64,000 nucleotides of DNA from Candidatus Sulfomarinibacteraceae bacterium (GTDB lineage Bacteria; Acidobacteriota; Thermoanaerobaculia; Thermoanaerobaculales; Sulfomarinibacteraceae), in the NCBI GenBank assembly GCA_963796455.1, contig CAWCLO010000007.1, positions 128,001-192,000 of the forward strand, read 5' to 3'. Positions 42,523-51,811 of the stretch are shown here, piece by piece (position 1 is the first letter of the stretch; every line of letters begins with the position of its first letter). The translations under genes and the position numbers were made by a program. The notes below the pieces were generated by a model. The model was not told where the DNA came from, did no database searches, and saw only the letters and a list, made by a program, of their open reading frames with translations.

Positions 42523-43146
42523 GTGTCAGTGATTCTCGAAATCGATCCCGTCGAGCCGGAACCGTGGCTGTTGGTTCGCGCTGCAAAGGTGCTGCGCGAA
42601 GGGGGGATCGTTGTGTCGCCTACCGACACCGTCTACGGGTTGACCTGCGGCATCACCCACCACGATGCGATCCGCCGGATCTACAAGCTCAAGGACATGG
42701 ACCCGAAAAAACCGCTGTCGATTCTCGTCGGCGATATGACGATGGTCGGGCGCTACGCAAAAGGGGTCTCGACCCCCGCCTTCCGGCTCCTCAAGCGCGT
42801 GCTGCCCGGACCCTACACCTTTATTTTTGAGGCGACATCCGAGGTTCCAAAAATCATGCTTCGCAAACGGCGCACCATTGGAATCCGCATGCCCGACAAC
42901 CCGATCATTCTCGCTTTGCTCGAGGAGATGGGTGAGCCCCTCCTCTCGTCGTCGATCCTCGACCCCGAGAACGAGTTCGTCAATGATCCGGAAGAAATCG
43001 AACAATCCCTCGGACGCAATGTGGAGATGGTGATCGACGGCGGGATCCTGCTGCCACTGCCATCGACCGTGGTCGATCTTTCGGGCGACGGGCCGGTTCT
43101 CATTCGAGAGGGCAAAGGCGACGTCGAACTGCTCGAGTTGTTTTAG
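42523..43146 (+). CDS. Sua5/YciO/TsaC-family threonylcarbamoyl-AMP synthase-like protein
   Basis: 'PTDTVYGL', 'LPGPYTFI', 'TIGIRMP', 'PSTVVDL'. Looks YciO-like. Confidence 0.88.
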   Translation: MSVILEIDPVEPEPWLLVRAAKVLREGGIVVSPTDTVYGLTCGITHHDAIRRIYKLKDMDPKKPLSILVGDMTMVGRYAKGVSTPAFRLLKRVLPGPYTFIFEATSEVPKIMLRKRRTIGIRMPDNPIILALLEEMGEPLLSSSILDPENEFVNDPEEIEQSLGRNVEMVIDGGILLPLPSTVVDLSGDGPVLIREGKGDVELLELF

Positions 43147-43299
43147 CTGCCCTGTCGCTACCAACTGTCGCTGCCGCTGTAATTCGGACGCGGACACGGG
43201 CACGGGACAACTGCCAACCGGAAATGCCAAAAACCAACGCGTAAACCCCTTGTTGTCAGTTAGGTAATTGCAAATGGCGATTTGGTTTGGACAGCAGTG
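43147..43299 (-). mobile_element. Solo End A of the CACT-TIR element
   Basis: ctgtcgctgccgctg..ttcgg..ccaaccgga.atgcca..aaccaac.cgta...gttgtcag...ttggacagcagtg is colinear with 6215-6343. Confidence 0.72.
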
Positions 43300-43472
43300 T
43301 CGACTCATACAAAAAACATACTTTGCGCTCTTCGCGTCTTCGCGGTTTTCACGTTCCTCAAGTCGGTTGACGTTTTCCGGCACGCCATATCGTTGAAATA
43401 TGCAAGAGGTAGCTCGGAGCCTAGAGTTCCGGACCCGACGCTCGAAAGCAGGCAGGCTCACACCATGGCGTT

Positions 43473-43507
43473 CGATAGCGATAGCGATTCCGATAGCGAT
43501 AGCGATT
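43473..43507. repeat. GATAGC hexamer array
   Basis: cgatagcgatagcgattccgatagcgatagcgat. Confidence 0.75.
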
Positions 43508-43521
43508 CAGGCCGACAGCTC

Positions 43522-44694
43522 TCACCAAGAAGTTGAAGCCACAGCGTCGCGGACAACAGCTCGGATCTGCTCCGCGACCCGATCCGGGTGGTAGAAACGC
43601 TGCCACACCTCGCGGCCGCGTTCGGCGAGCCTCTGCGCCGCATCATCATCGGTCAAGAGCCGGGTGACGGCATCCACCCACTCGTCTGCATCTCTTCCTA
43701 CCACCACCGCATTCCGGCCTTCAGCAACCAAGCCGTCGGCAGCCCACGGGTGAAGCACCGCCGGGACACCCGCGGCCATCGCCTCGAGCACCTTCATCGG
43801 CACTCCCGAACCCGAACTCATGGGTGCGATTGCCAACCTGGCGCACGCTAAAAACCGCGCGAGGTCGGGGACATCGGCGTGCACCTCGACCCCCGGTTGC
43901 CGTTCCAGCCGTCGGATGTCCGCCGCGGGCCGGGCGCCGCTGAGGATCCACTTCGCCGCGGGCACCACCGACCGAACGCGAGGCCACACTTCCCGGGCAA
44001 ACCACATGGCGCCCCGGACTGTCGGTCGATATCCGAGATTTCCAGTGAGCACAACCACCTGGTCCCGACCGGACAGGGGAGGCGATACGACATCGCGACC
44101 GGCGACAGGAATGACCCGACCCCGACCATCTGTAACTGATATCCGGTCGAGATCACGGTCCGAGACCGCGACGCTCGCCGATGCGGCACCTGCGAGCTCA
44201 CGTTCTCGCCGATCACAACGAACCGATTCAGACATGTACAGAGCGGCCAGGGGCTGCAGAGCATTCCGCGAGGCCCGATCAAAGTGCAGACCCATGGAGT
44301 CGATCGCGTCGAAAACAATCGGGGTCGATGGTCTTTCGGCCACAACCACATCAGCCGCCCAGCCGCACCGAAGCATTTGAACCACGACCACCTCGGGGTG
44401 CCAGTCGTGAAGCACCGACCTGACGGTGCGTCGGGCCCCTTTTGTTCGATAGAGGCCTTCCTGCAACGGTCGCCCGGTGAAAGCTGCGCACACGAGACCA
44501 AAACCCCTACCAACGGGACTCTGGCCGAAAAATGCCGTCTCGACGTCGATCGGCGCGGCCGCCCGCGATGCCGGGCCCGGGCAGCACAGCATGAGGTCGT
44601 GGTCTCCGAGAGCCGCCAACCACTCGACAGTCCGAACCTGGTTACCGCGCCATGCCGGCATTGGATAGCGGCTGGTGACCAGCAAAACCCGCAT
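43522..44694 (-). CDS. Glycosyltransferase family 4
   Basis: GT-B fold, 'GSGVPMKVLEAMAAGVP'. Confidence 0.85.
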   Translation of the reverse strand: MRVLLVTSRYPMPAWRGNQVRTVEWLAALGDHDLMLCCPGPASRAAAPIDVETAFFGQSPVGRGFGLVCAAFTGRPLQEGLYRTKGARRTVRSVLHDWHPEVVVVQMLRCGWAADVVVAERPSTPIVFDAIDSMGLHFDRASRNALQPLAALYMSESVRCDRRERELAGAASASVAVSDRDLDRISVTDGRGRVIPVAGRDVVSPPLSGRDQVVVLTGNLGYRPTVRGAMWFAREVWPRVRSVVPAAKWILSGARPAADIRRLERQPGVEVHADVPDLARFLACARLAIAPMSSGSGVPMKVLEAMAAGVPAVLHPWAADGLVAEGRNAVVVGRDADEWVDAVTRLLTDDDAAQRLAERGREVWQRFYHPDRVAEQIRAVVRDAVASTSW

Positions 44695-45803
44695 CAGGCG
44701 CTGTAGAACTCCGCGATCGCGGACACGACCTCCTCCAACTCGTCGCGCGCGAGCTCCGGAAAGACGGGGAGCGCGAGGACTTCGCGGCTGGCCTCTTCAG
44801 AAACAGGGAAATCGCCTTCGCCATATCCTAGATCCGAAAAACACGGCTGGAGATGCAGCGGCAGCGGATAATAAACCGCGGCGCCGATGCCGCTTTCATT
44901 CAAAAAGGCACGAAGTTCGTCTCTTCGCGGCGCTCGCACCACGAATTGATTGAAGGTGTGGCCGCGGCCGGTTACCGCTTCGGGCAGAACAATCGTAGAA
45001 TCGAGACCGGCGGCACCCATAAGCACTCTGTACTGCTCGGCATTGGCTCGCCGGCCTTCGATCCATCGATCCACGTGCGGCAGTTTGACCCTGAGCACAG
45101 CAGCTTGCAGCGCATCGATGCGGAAATTTCCGCCGACGACCGGGTGCTGGTACGGGCCGGACTGGCCGTGGACCCGGAGTTCGCGAAGGTTGGCGGCCAG
45201 GTCTGCATCTCCCGTCGTGATCAACCCCGCGTCGCCGAAACAACCGATGTTCTTCGACGGGAAGAATGAGAACGCACCCATCAGGCCGATCGATCCAACT
45301 TTCCGCCCGTTGTAGTCCGCGCCCCAGGCCTGCGCACAATCCTCGATTACCGGCACATCTCCCGCCGCCTCGATCACCCCGTCCATGTCCGCCGCCTGGC
45401 CAAAGAGGTGGACGGGAATGACCGCTTTGGTGCGGTCATTCAGCCGCTCGGCGATCTGTTGCGGATTCACGCAGTAGTCGATCGGGTCGACATCGACGAA
45501 GACCGGGCGGGCACCGAGCCTGGTCACCACGCCTGCGGTCGCAAAGAAGGTAAAGGTCGGCAGGATCACCTCGTCGTCGGGGCCGACGCCAACTGCCATC
45601 AACGCCTCGAGCAAAGCATCGGTTCCAGAACTCACGCCGATCGAATGACCGACCCCGAGTGCTGACGAGGCCTCGCGTTCGAATTCCTCCACCTCCGGGC
45701 CGAGGATGAATCGTTGCGAATCACAAACCCGATCGAGCGCCGCACGAAACTCTTCTCGCAGCGGTTGGTATTGGCGGGTCAAATCCAAAAGCGGAACGGC
45801 CAT
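44694..45803 (-). CDS. DegT/DnrJ/EryC1/StrS-family PLP sugar aminotransferase
   Basis: 'SSGTDAL', 'PVHLFGQ', 'IEDCAQ', 'FSFFPSKNIG..GDAG'. Confidence 0.93.
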   Translation of the reverse strand: MAVPLLDLTRQYQPLREEFRAALDRVCDSQRFILGPEVEEFEREASSALGVGHSIGVSSGTDALLEALMAVGVGPDDEVILPTFTFFATAGVVTRLGARPVFVDVDPIDYCVNPQQIAERLNDRTKAVIPVHLFGQAADMDGVIEAAGDVPVIEDCAQAWGADYNGRKVGSIGLMGAFSFFPSKNIGCFGDAGLITTGDADLAANLRELRVHGQSGPYQHPVVGGNFRIDALQAAVLRVKLPHVDRWIEGRRANAEQYRVLMGAAGLDSTIVLPEAVTGRGHTFNQFVVRAPRRDELRAFLNESGIGAAVYYPLPLHLQPCFSDLGYGEGDFPVSEEASREVLALPVFPELARDELEEVVSAIAEFYSA

Positions 45804-46142
45804 GTCGAAATCCTCCTACATCGCAGGCGGACACAGGTTACATGGTGAATCAGGAATTAGGAATGAGGAATGAAGGAATTGGCGAGAAGGATGCAGGATG
45901 CAGGATGCAGGATCACTGCTGTCCAAAACAGAATGTCACGAAAAGTTACCCACCTGACAACACGTGGTTTACGGGTTAGTTTATGGCACATCCGGTTGGC
46001 GATTGCCCGTACCCGTTCCCGATCCCGAATTTCAGCGGCAGCGACAGTGTCCAGCGTCAGCGACAGGCAACAGCGAACAGGGACGGCGGTCAGTGTTCAG
46101 CGACGGCGAACAGCGGCAGCAGTCTGGAGTTCATGCGACGAA

Positions 46143-46282
46143 ATGGCCACCTCCGGGTCGTTCAAAGAGAGGGGTAGCCGGTGGGCGGCCGATGTCAAGG
46201 ACAGGCAGGGTGCAGGGCATCCTTGACATCGGCCGCCACACCGGCTTGTGGCAAAGGGCATGAACGACCCGGAGGTGACCAT
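46143..46282 (+). promoter_or_regulatory. Nested inverted-repeat leader occluding the SD/ATG of the four-helix-bundle gene
   Basis: 46148-46164 is the exact reverse complement of 46261-46277 (which contains GGAGG). 46184-46201 is the exact reverse complement of 46220-46237. Confidence 0.75.
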
Positions 46283-46634
46283 GTCCTCAGCCGCCACGAA
46301 CACCAACCTCGTTGCCCACTCGAAGGCCCTCGAAGCGGCAGGAATCGCGATCAAGCTCGTGATGAGGGTTCCGGCTCCGCTGAAATCCATAGCCGATCAG
46401 GTGATCCGGTCGGCAAGTTCGGTCCCTGCGAATCTGGCAGAAGGGCACGGCCGTTTCGGTAGAGACCGGTTGAACCACTGGAGAATCGCCTACGCCTCGG
46501 CCAAAGAGGTCGACAGCCACTTGCAGCTCCTCGCCCACGCCGGGGCGATCAGTGCGACAGCCGCCCGCGACGCGATGAACGCCTTCGATCAAGTCCGTGC
46601 CATGACCTGGCGGTTGTTGAACCCGACGGAGTGA
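46281..46634 (+). CDS. Four-helix-bundle protein (23S rRNA intervening-sequence protein / Avd-like family)
   Basis: 117 aa with 'IADQVIRSASSVPANLAEGHGR' and 'WRIAYASAKEV..HL' family motifs. SD ggaggt. Confidence 0.88.
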   Translation: MSSAATNTNLVAHSKALEAAGIAIKLVMRVPAPLKSIADQVIRSASSVPANLAEGHGRFGRDRLNHWRIAYASAKEVDSHLQLLAHAGAISATAARDAMNAFDQVRAMTWRLLNPTE

Positions 46635-46959
46635 TCGGTGTTGGCTGGCGCTGTCGCTGTCCCGGCCGCTGGTCGCTGCCGCTGACTCCTGTTTGCTGAC
46701 GCTGTCTGCCGTTCCCCGTCGCTGTCCCTGATCGCTGTCTGAGATGCTGTCTTGGAAAAGAGTGATGCAGGATGCACCTGAATCGTAGTTTCCCCGCGCG
46801 GCGTGTCAAGGACCGTGTGCGATGAGTCAAGAATCCTGTGACCTGGATCCTGCATCCAGGCGGGCAGGTGCGATTAATTCCTGATTCCTCAATCCTCATT
46901 CCTCATTCTCCGTTTGCTAACATGGCTCTGCGACCATTGATCGCAGCAAAGGAGCGCTC

Positions 46960-48288
46960 ATGCACATCTGTGTGGTTGGTACCGGGTATGTGGGTCTGGT
47001 GACCGGAGCCTGTCTTGCCGATTTCGGCAACAACGTCACCTGCGTCGACAAGGACGAGAACAAGATCTCCATGCTGCTCGATGGCCAGATCCCGATCTAC
47101 GAACCCGGCCTCGACACCCTGGTCGAGAAGAACGCACGTGCCGGACGACTTCAGTTCTCGACCGATCTCACACCAGCCGTTGAAAATGCTCTGGCCATTT
47201 TTATTGCCGTCGGGACCCCGCCCAAGGAGGATGGCTCGGCCGATCTCTCCTACGTGGTCCAGGTCGCCGAATCAATCGCCGAAAACCTGAACGGCTACAA
47301 GGTTGTGATCACCAAATCGACGGTGCCCATTGGCACCGGACAGTTGATCGAGGAGATCATCAACAAGACCGCAAGCGGAGATCACCCGTTTTCGGTGGTC
47401 TCGAACCCGGAGTTTCTGCGCGAAGGATCGGCGATCGCCGACTTCATGCGACCAGATCGGGTGGTGATCGGCGCCCGGGACACCCAGGCGGTGGCGATCA
47501 TGAAAGATATCTACTCACCGCTCTATCTTCGGGAAACCCCTTTCGTCATCACCAACGTCGAGTCATCCGAACTCATCAAATACGCATCCAACGCCTTTCT
47601 CGCAACCAAAATCACATTTATCAACGAGGTTGCAGAACTCTGTGACCGCCTCGGTGCGGATGTTCACCATGTGGCCAAGGGCATGGGTCTGGACAAACGC
47701 ATCGGTCCCAAATTTCTCCATCCCGGGCCCGGCTACGGCGGGTCCTGTTTCCCGAAGGACACCCAGGCTCTGACCGAAATCGCCCGCAAGGCCGGCCGCC
47801 CGTTTGAAATCGTCGAGACCGTTGTCGAGGTCAATGAGCGAATAAAAACCAGCGGCATCGCGCGTGTCCGTGAGGCCCTCAACGACCAACTCGAAGGAAA
47901 GGTCGTTGCGGTGCTCGGTCTCAGCTTCAAGCCCGAAACCGACGATATGCGCGACTCAGCGGCAATTCCCCTGATCAACGCGCTGGTGGAAGGCGGGTCG
48001 AGGATCAAGGCTTTTGATCCGGTGGCGATGGACAACGCCCGGCAACTGCTACCCGAAGCCGTCGAGTACTGCGAAGACTCCTACGATGCAATTGCTGGCG
48101 CTGATGCTTTGGTGCTCGTGACGGAGTGGAACCAGTTCCGGTCCCTCGACATGGATCGGGTTCACGCGACGCTCCGCCACCCCCTCGTGATCGACCTGAG
48201 AAACGTTTACAAACCCCACAAAATGCGCGAGCAGGGCTTTGAGTACTTCAGCGTCGGCCGAGCGGCAACAGACCTTCCCATCGAGTGA
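46960..48288 (+). CDS. ugd: UDP-glucose 6-dehydrogenase
   Basis: 'GTGYVGL', 'PIYEPGL', 'KSTVP', 'SNPEFLREG', 'GYGGSCFPKD'. Confidence 0.95.
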   Translation: MHICVVGTGYVGLVTGACLADFGNNVTCVDKDENKISMLLDGQIPIYEPGLDTLVEKNARAGRLQFSTDLTPAVENALAIFIAVGTPPKEDGSADLSYVVQVAESIAENLNGYKVVITKSTVPIGTGQLIEEIINKTASGDHPFSVVSNPEFLREGSAIADFMRPDRVVIGARDTQAVAIMKDIYSPLYLRETPFVITNVESSELIKYASNAFLATKITFINEVAELCDRLGADVHHVAKGMGLDKRIGPKFLHPGPGYGGSCFPKDTQALTEIARKAGRPFEIVETVVEVNERIKTSGIARVREALNDQLEGKVVAVLGLSFKPETDDMRDSAAIPLINALVEGGSRIKAFDPVAMDNARQLLPEAVEYCEDSYDAIAGADALVLVTEWNQFRSLDMDRVHATLRHPLVIDLRNVYKPHKMREQGFEYFSVGRAATDLPIE

Positions 48289-48352
48289 GGAAAATCGACA
48301 CGGGCGAAGGACCGCGCTTGACCCTTTGCGCCGAAATCGCCAAACTATCCCG

Positions 48353-48754
48353 ATGACGACCGATGAAACGGTGCGCCTCGATATCTGGCTCGACGTGGCC
48401 TGCCTCTTCAAAACCCGTTCCCAGGCTCAGACCGCCTGTCGGCGAGGACAGGTCGAGGTCAATGGGGACCACGGTAAACCCCATCGTGCGGTCCGATCCG
48501 GCGACAAGATCGTCATCCGGAGGCGAGGCGGAGGAAAACGAATCATCGAGGTGCTCGAGCTCGAGTCGAACAATGTCAGCAAGGCTCGAGCGCGGGAGCT
48601 CTATCACGACCACACGCCGCCGCCGACCGCGGAGGAAATCGAGCTTCGACGGATGCAGCGGCTCTCGGCACCGCAACCGCGGTCCCGGGGAGCCGGCGCC
48701 CCAAAAAAGCGGGAACGTCGCGAACTCAGGCGTCTCAAAGAGGACCTGGAGTAG
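48353..48754 (+). CDS. hslR: S4-domain RNA-binding protein (Hsp15-like)
   Basis: 'VRLDIWL....LFKTRSQA', 'ARELY', 'GAPKKRERR'. Confidence 0.8.
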   Translation: MTTDETVRLDIWLDVACLFKTRSQAQTACRRGQVEVNGDHGKPHRAVRSGDKIVIRRRGGGKRIIEVLELESNNVSKARARELYHDHTPPPTAEEIELRRMQRLSAPQPRSRGAGAPKKRERRELRRLKEDLE

Positions 48755-48822
48755 AATGTTCCGGCCCTTGTTTCAGCTAACTGAATATCACACTGGCCGC
48801 ATCGGTGTTTTGGAGGATCGTT

Positions 48823-50145
48823 ATGAGTATTGAAGCCAACTGGGACACGCTGGTGGTCGGTGGCACCGTCGTGACGATGGAAGCGGGTGCCGAGCCGATT
48901 CACAATGGCGCGATCGCGGTTGCCGACGGCCGGATCGCCGCAGTCGGACCAGCCGAAGAGCTGTTGGAGCTTGCCTCTACCGGCGACGTGCTCAACGCCG
49001 GAGACAGTCTGATCCTGCCTGGATTCGTCAATACACACGCCCACCTCGCAATGACCCTCCTGCGCGGAATAGCCGATGACATCCCCCTCAAGGACTGGCT
49101 CGAACTGCACATCTGGCCGGCCGAGAAGGACCACATGAACCGGGAAAGTGTGCGGCTCGGAACCGAGTTGGCGGCTGCCGAGCTCTTGCTGGCCGGTGTC
49201 ACGACGACCGCCGACATGTACTTCTTCGGCGACGAAGTGAGCGCGGTTCTGGCGGAGGCGGGAATGCGCGGCGTGGTCGCAGAATCACTGATCGATGCCG
49301 CCACACCGCGCTGCAGCGGTCCCGAAGAAATGATCGCCAAACAGAGAGATCTTATCGACGCCTACAAGGACCATCCTCTCATCACGCCTTCAGTGGCCGC
49401 CCACGCCCCCTACTCCGTCAGCGCCGCGAATCTGGTCAAGGAAGCGGATCTGGCGGAAGAGTTCGAGGTGCCGATGCAGATCCACCTGTCCGAGACCTCC
49501 TGGGAAGTGGAGCAGTTCCTTGAAGAAAAGGGGCTTTCTCCGGTCGCCTACCTCGCAGACCTCGGTGTCCTCTCCGATCGCACCGTTGCCGCTCACTGCG
49601 TTCACGTCTCGGCCGAAGATATCGCCCTGCTCGCCGAATTCGAGACCGGGGTCTCGCACAACCCGGTCAGCAATCTCAAATTGGCCTCGGGAGTTGCCCC
49701 GGTTCCAGCTATGTTGGGCGCCGGAGTGAAGGTTGCTATCGGCACCGATGGTGCCGCGTCCAACAATACCCTTGATCTTTTGCGCGATATGCAGATAGCA
49801 GCGCTGCTTCACAAAGGCATCGTAGGTGATCCGACGGTCTTGCCGGCACGGAAGGCACTGGAGATGCTGACAGTCGACGGCGCCCGGGTCCTCGGGCTCG
49901 AAAGGGTCGGAACACTCGCCGAAGGTCAGGAGGCGGACATCGTCTGCCTTTCAATCAACAGACCGCACACCGCGCCGATGTACGACCCGATCTCTCAGCT
50001 CATATTCGCCGCTCGCTCCTCGGACGTTCGGCACGTCATGGTCCACGGCAAGGTCCTGGTCAGAAACCGTGAATTGCAGACCCTGGATCGCGAACGCATC
50101 GAGGCCCAGGCACGAGAGTTCTCAGAAACCGTTCGAGGCAACTGA
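48823..50145 (+). CDS. Amidohydrolase, MTA/SAH deaminase-like
   Basis: 'PGFVNTHAH', 'AHAPY', 'IHLSET', 'HNPVSNLKLASG', 'GTDGAASNN'. Confidence 0.85.
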   Translation: MSIEANWDTLVVGGTVVTMEAGAEPIHNGAIAVADGRIAAVGPAEELLELASTGDVLNAGDSLILPGFVNTHAHLAMTLLRGIADDIPLKDWLELHIWPAEKDHMNRESVRLGTELAAAELLLAGVTTTADMYFFGDEVSAVLAEAGMRGVVAESLIDAATPRCSGPEEMIAKQRDLIDAYKDHPLITPSVAAHAPYSVSAANLVKEADLAEEFEVPMQIHLSETSWEVEQFLEEKGLSPVAYLADLGVLSDRTVAAHCVHVSAEDIALLAEFETGVSHNPVSNLKLASGVAPVPAMLGAGVKVAIGTDGAASNNTLDLLRDMQIAALLHKGIVGDPTVLPARKALEMLTVDGARVLGLERVGTLAEGQEADIVCLSINRPHTAPMYDPISQLIFAARSSDVRHVMVHGKVLVRNRELQTLDRERIEAQAREFSETVRGN

Positions 50146-50156
50146 AAGGACAAAAG

Positions 50157-51044
50157 ATGACCGCAATCCCACAGGCCATCCTCGCGGCAACCGATTTTTC
50201 AAAAACCGCCGACCGGGCAACCGTTCTCGCAAGCGATATTGCCCATCGATTCAAGGCCCACCTGCATTTGCTTCACGCAGCGGTTCTTCTCGACGACCCC
50301 CACCTCGGACAGGAACGGCGGGATCAGATCGAGGAGTTGCTGACTTCGAACGATGCCGAGCGGCGCAAAGCCCTTGAGGAACGGTACGAGAAGGAACACG
50401 GCATCGATATCACCCCCCATATCATTCGCGGCATCGCACCAGGTGAAGTTATCGTCGAATCCGCACGCACCCTTGGCTGCGATCTGATCGTGATGGGAAC
50501 CAATGGCCGCCGGGGACTGTCACATCTGTTTCTCGGATCGGTCGCGGAACGAGTGGTGAGGACCGCGACAACCCCAGTCCTCACCGTTCATGCGGACGCG
50601 GAGATCAACCCCAATGGCGTCTCCAGGATTCTGGTTCCACACGATTTTTCGGACGCGTCGATCTCCGCGCTCAAACAAGCCGCTGCATGGGGCAAGGCTC
50701 TGGGCGCCGATCTGACCCTGCTGCACGTGGTTGAACCGGTGGTCTATCCCGAATTCTATTCGGTCGACTATCTGACGGAGGACGTCATGGAGCGGGTGGT
50801 CGATCGCTCGGAGGAAGCTCTCAAAAAGGCTGCGGATGATCTCCCCGAGGTCAGCGGCTCAATCAGGGTCGAGGTCGGGCGTGCGGCGGACACGATCGTC
50901 GATTTCGCCGATCCTGAAACCTTCGATCTCGTTGTCATGGCGACTCGAGGGCTCTCCGGTTTTGAACACATCTTGTTGGGGTCGGTCGCGGAGTCCGTTC
51001 TTCGTCGGAGCCGGGTTCCGCTCCTCGCCATCCCAGGAGAGTAG
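50157..51044 (+). CDS. Universal stress protein (tandem UspA domains)
   Basis: Two '(AT/PH)DFS...DL(I/V)VM.T.G....LGSVAE.V' units. Confidence 0.92.
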   Translation: MTAIPQAILAATDFSKTADRATVLASDIAHRFKAHLHLLHAAVLLDDPHLGQERRDQIEELLTSNDAERRKALEERYEKEHGIDITPHIIRGIAPGEVIVESARTLGCDLIVMGTNGRRGLSHLFLGSVAERVVRTATTPVLTVHADAEINPNGVSRILVPHDFSDASISALKQAAAWGKALGADLTLLHVVEPVVYPEFYSVDYLTEDVMERVVDRSEEALKKAADDLPEVSGSIRVEVGRAADTIVDFADPETFDLVVMATRGLSGFEHILLGSVAESVLRRSRVPLLAIPGE

Positions 51045-51061
51045 ACATCACATAATCTGAG

Positions 51062-51205
51062 GTTTGAGTTTTAAGTTTTGAGTTTTGAGTTGAGGACATT
51101 CCTTGGAAGCCCTCGCTTTCATTCGACAGTGCTCGGTCGAAGCGGTCCCGAAGACCACCCTGTGCCGGGAAACAACTCAGAATCGATAACTCAACACTCA
51201 GAACT
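51062..51205. repeat. Inverted heptamer bracket (TTTGAGT)n ... (AACTCAG)n
   Basis: gtttgagttttaagttttgagttttgagtt ... aactcagaatcgataactcaacactcagaactc between convergent usp and pth. Confidence 0.72.
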
Positions 51206-51773
51206 CTTCCGGTGCTCGGTTGAAGCTGTTCATCGCCCTTTCGAAGCCGTCTGAAAGAATGCAGTCGACGGCATCCGCCGCTCGTTCGATCACTGCACCA
51301 ACCATCTCACCCTCCGCTTCTTCGAATGAAGAGAGCACATAGTCGGCCAGAGAATCGACGGGCCCAGTCCCCCGTACGCCGACCCGAAGCCGGGCAAAGG
51401 CGTCGCCGACTTTGGTGCGGAGACTCCTGAGCCCGTTGTGGGTCCCAGGTCCGCCGTTGAGGCGCAGCCGAAGTGCGCCCAACGGCAGATCAATGTCGTC
51501 GACAACTACCAGCATACGGTCCACCGCGATATCCAGATCCTGTAGGAGTCGCAGGGCCACTTCACCAGAGCGGTTCATATAGCGCAACGGACGCGCAAGA
51601 ACCACCAGGCGGCCCGGAGTGATCACCGAAAACTCGGCATCGGTTTGCAGCGTCCAGTCGGCCCGACCGCGGCGTCGCATCACCTCGGCAACAACATCGA
51701 AACCGATATTGTGACGAGTGCGGACGTACTCCGCCCCGGGATTTCCCAATCCCAGAATCAGATCGATGGCCAT
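51198..51773 (-). CDS. pth: Peptidyl-tRNA hydrolase
   Basis: 'GLGNPG..Y..TRHNIGF', 'YMNRSG', 'GTHNGLRS'. Confidence 0.95.
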   Translation of the reverse strand: MAIDLILGLGNPGAEYVRTRHNIGFDVVAEVMRRRGRADWTLQTDAEFSVITPGRLVVLARPLRYMNRSGEVALRLLQDLDIAVDRMLVVVDDIDLPLGALRLRLNGGPGTHNGLRSLRTKVGDAFARLRVGVRGTGPVDSLADYVLSSFEEAEGEMVGAVIERAADAVDCILSDGFERAMNSFNRAPEEF

Positions 51774-51811
51774 GGGCGATTGGACCCTCGGAGCGAAGAT
51801 GGAATCGGAGC

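Larger units (their letters stand above)
45914..46764 (+). mobile_element. Intact CACT-TIR element (851 bp) carrying a four-helix-bundle gene
   Basis: End A cactgctgtccaaaacag and End B (reverse complement) ctgtcttggaaaagagtg, AT on both sides, inserted in an AGGATGC array. Confidence 0.82.

Noticed and set aside
45914..46764. Diversity-generating retroelement (Avd-like gene plus repeated sequences)
   Set aside because: There is no reverse transcriptase in the window, and differences between copies are not evidently adenine-specific TR/VR pairs.
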